Positions 43,959 through 45,281 of a stretch of DNA of 45,281 bases are shown here, in pieces. Within the stretch, counting starts at the first letter, position 1, and every line of letters starts with the position of its first letter. The notes beneath the pieces were generated by a model that was given only the letters and a program-made list of their open reading frames with translations, searched no databases and was not told the DNA's origin. Source of the stretch: a virus (taxonomy: Duplodnaviria; Caudoviricetes). Both the position numbers and the translations under genes were made by a program. The stretch is from IMG/VR virus record IMGVR_UViG_3300044676_005977, positions 1 through 45,281 of that record. One strand, given 5' to 3'.

Positions 43959-44768
43959 CTAGTAGACCATCTGATCACCAACGAATTTGGAGTAGAGACC
44001 GTCCCCGCAAAACGGGCAGTAGTTCCAATCATCCTCGGTCCATTCCCCGCATGATTGGCAATTGGTGAACCATTGGTCAGATTTCCCGTCATCGTAATCT
44101 TTCCAGTCGAGATCCCATTCTTTTTCGATGTGATGTTTCGGCTGATTGTCAAATGTGACTCCTTCCAGTCGAGTCATCATCGTTGCCCAACGATTGCAGA
44201 CATCCCGTGTAATCTTCAGATCGGCGTAGCAATCATCAAAGTGAGCATTAAAGTATCCCGTGCCAAAGTTTACTCCAGCGATTCCAAGATGGTCAAGATA
44301 GCAGATGTCTGTAAATGATCCCCTCCCTATGTCCCATTGCTCAGAAATGAAACACTCAAACAGCGGGTTGTGATAATCATAGAACACGGCGTCCGATCCA
44401 TTCCTATCGATCTCAAACATATACCGATAATCTTTCGGAGCATTAAAGAATTGTGCTGTACTGCATCCAATCTCTTCCGAATCGGTAATCAAAACGTCAA
44501 ATTTAGGACAACCAATTTTAGGTAAGAAGTTGAGAAGACAATACATCCCGAGACGATCATCAAGTTGTGGACAATTCTTGATCCAGCGTTTTCCGATGTG
44601 GGGCTTGCGATTCCATTTCACAGTGTCCCGGTGACACACGGCAAGGACATCCGCACCATTGTCGATGAATGTCAGCGGTCCGTGTTTTGTGTCGATTGTG
44701 TCGCCCAATTTAGAGATTGACGACGAGTTCATTAAGAGTGATTGTTTCAGAGTCACAATCTTTTTCAT
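43959..44768 (-). CDS. Zn-dependent peptidase (M28/M42-like) with C-terminal zinc ribbon
   Basis: CHRDTV, LDDRLG, TDSEEIG, EIDR, GSFTDI, GYFNAH; CQSCG...YCPFCG. Confidence 0.7.
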   Translation of the reverse strand: MKKIVTLKQSLLMNSSSISKLGDTIDTKHGPLTFIDNGADVLAVCHRDTVKWNRKPHIGKRWIKNCPQLDDRLGMYCLLNFLPKIGCPKFDVLITDSEEIGCSTAQFFNAPKDYRYMFEIDRNGSDAVFYDYHNPLFECFISEQWDIGRGSFTDICYLDHLGIAGVNFGTGYFNAHFDDCYADLKITRDVCNRWATMMTRLEGVTFDNQPKHHIEKEWDLDWKDYDDGKSDQWFTNCQSCGEWTEDDWNYCPFCGDGLYSKFVGDQMVY

Positions 44769-45105
44769 AGCGTTTCCTTTAGATTCAATTCCGTGGCTGA
44801 TTAGATCAGCATAAAAAGTTTATCGGCTTTACGCAAGCCTAACAGTAGCAGAAAATCTGATTGCAGTGTTTACCCTCAAAAATGAGGAGTTGTTTTCGGA
44901 TCCAGCGATTCCCGTGAAAATGTCCCGGCAAAAATTGTCAAAATTTAACAGGATTATTGCGGATCCAGAAGCTAACGATTGAGAATCAAATTGGTTGCCT
45001 GTTCGTGCAACGTCGCTTTCAGAGCCATTTTTGAGGGATTTCCCCTCAATGGTGGACATTTGTTCACGTTTCCTCATTTTTATCCTTGTTTTATAGTGTT
45101 TTACT

Positions 45106-45281
45106 GAGAGTGACGGTCGAGCCCGGAAGGGCTCTCACGTCAACAAAGTGTGTCGAGAGTGACGGTCGAGCCCGGAAGGGCTCTCACGTCAACAAAGTGT
45201 GTCGAGAGTGACGGTCGAGCCCGGAAGGGCTCTCACGTCAACAAAGTGTGTCGAGAGTGACGGTCGAGCCCGGAAGGGCTC
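45106..45281. repeat. 49-bp perfect tandem repeat (3.6 copies, truncated by window end), each containing a stem-loop
   Basis: GAGAGTGACGGTCGAGCCCGGAAGGGCTCTCACGTCAACAAAGTGTGTC at 45106, 45155, 45204 and 45253 (partial). Confidence 0.95.

Noticed and set aside
44829-45077. 82-aa CDS
   Set aside because: It has a plausible RBS but overlaps two copies of the intergenic leader motif and has no recognisable features, so it is left uncalled.
45106-45281. CRISPR array
   Set aside because: The units are fully identical with no variable spacers, and no cas genes are present.
1-45281. Stop-codon reassignment or prophage boundaries
   Set aside because: Genes are full length and tightly packed under the standard code, and no integrase, att site or host housekeeping flank is visible.

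Overview
The window is a large internal segment of a tailed dsDNA phage, probably siphovirus-like. No capsid, terminase, integrase or lysis genes are recognisable. The + strand arm (1-14766) carries head-tail connector genes, tail tube, a tail chaperone with a GGGAAAC -1 frameshift site and a TP901-type tape measure. These are followed by a short non-canonical tail-tip module, a 920-aa Cys-rich/Thr-tract mucin-like protein, and a glycosyltransferase/methyltransferase cluster. The - strand arm (14758-45077) carries a nearly self-sufficient recombination/replication module: split SbcC plus SbcD, 5'-3' exonuclease, RecA, SSB, UvsY-like mediator, clamp loader, probable clamp, split family-A polymerase with a UDG-like domain, DnaB helicase, primase and an intein-containing SNF2 helicase. 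That arm also has CsrA, a sulfotransferase, a Dam-like MTase, a sigma-like factor and small early genes. Non-coding structure is rich: a degenerate tRNA inside the split polA locus, a 758-bp cassette flanked by 139-bp exact direct repeats, recurrent TCAGA-N3-TCTGA palindromes over a sigma70 promoter, a bipartite CTGGATC-N14/15-AAATTT early leader motif, and 49-bp hairpin tandem repeats at the right end. The best candidate for a new system is the mucin-like virion protein with adjacent glycan-building enzymes. A Planctomycetota host is an inference only. All product calls are from motif recognition by eye, with no database searches.
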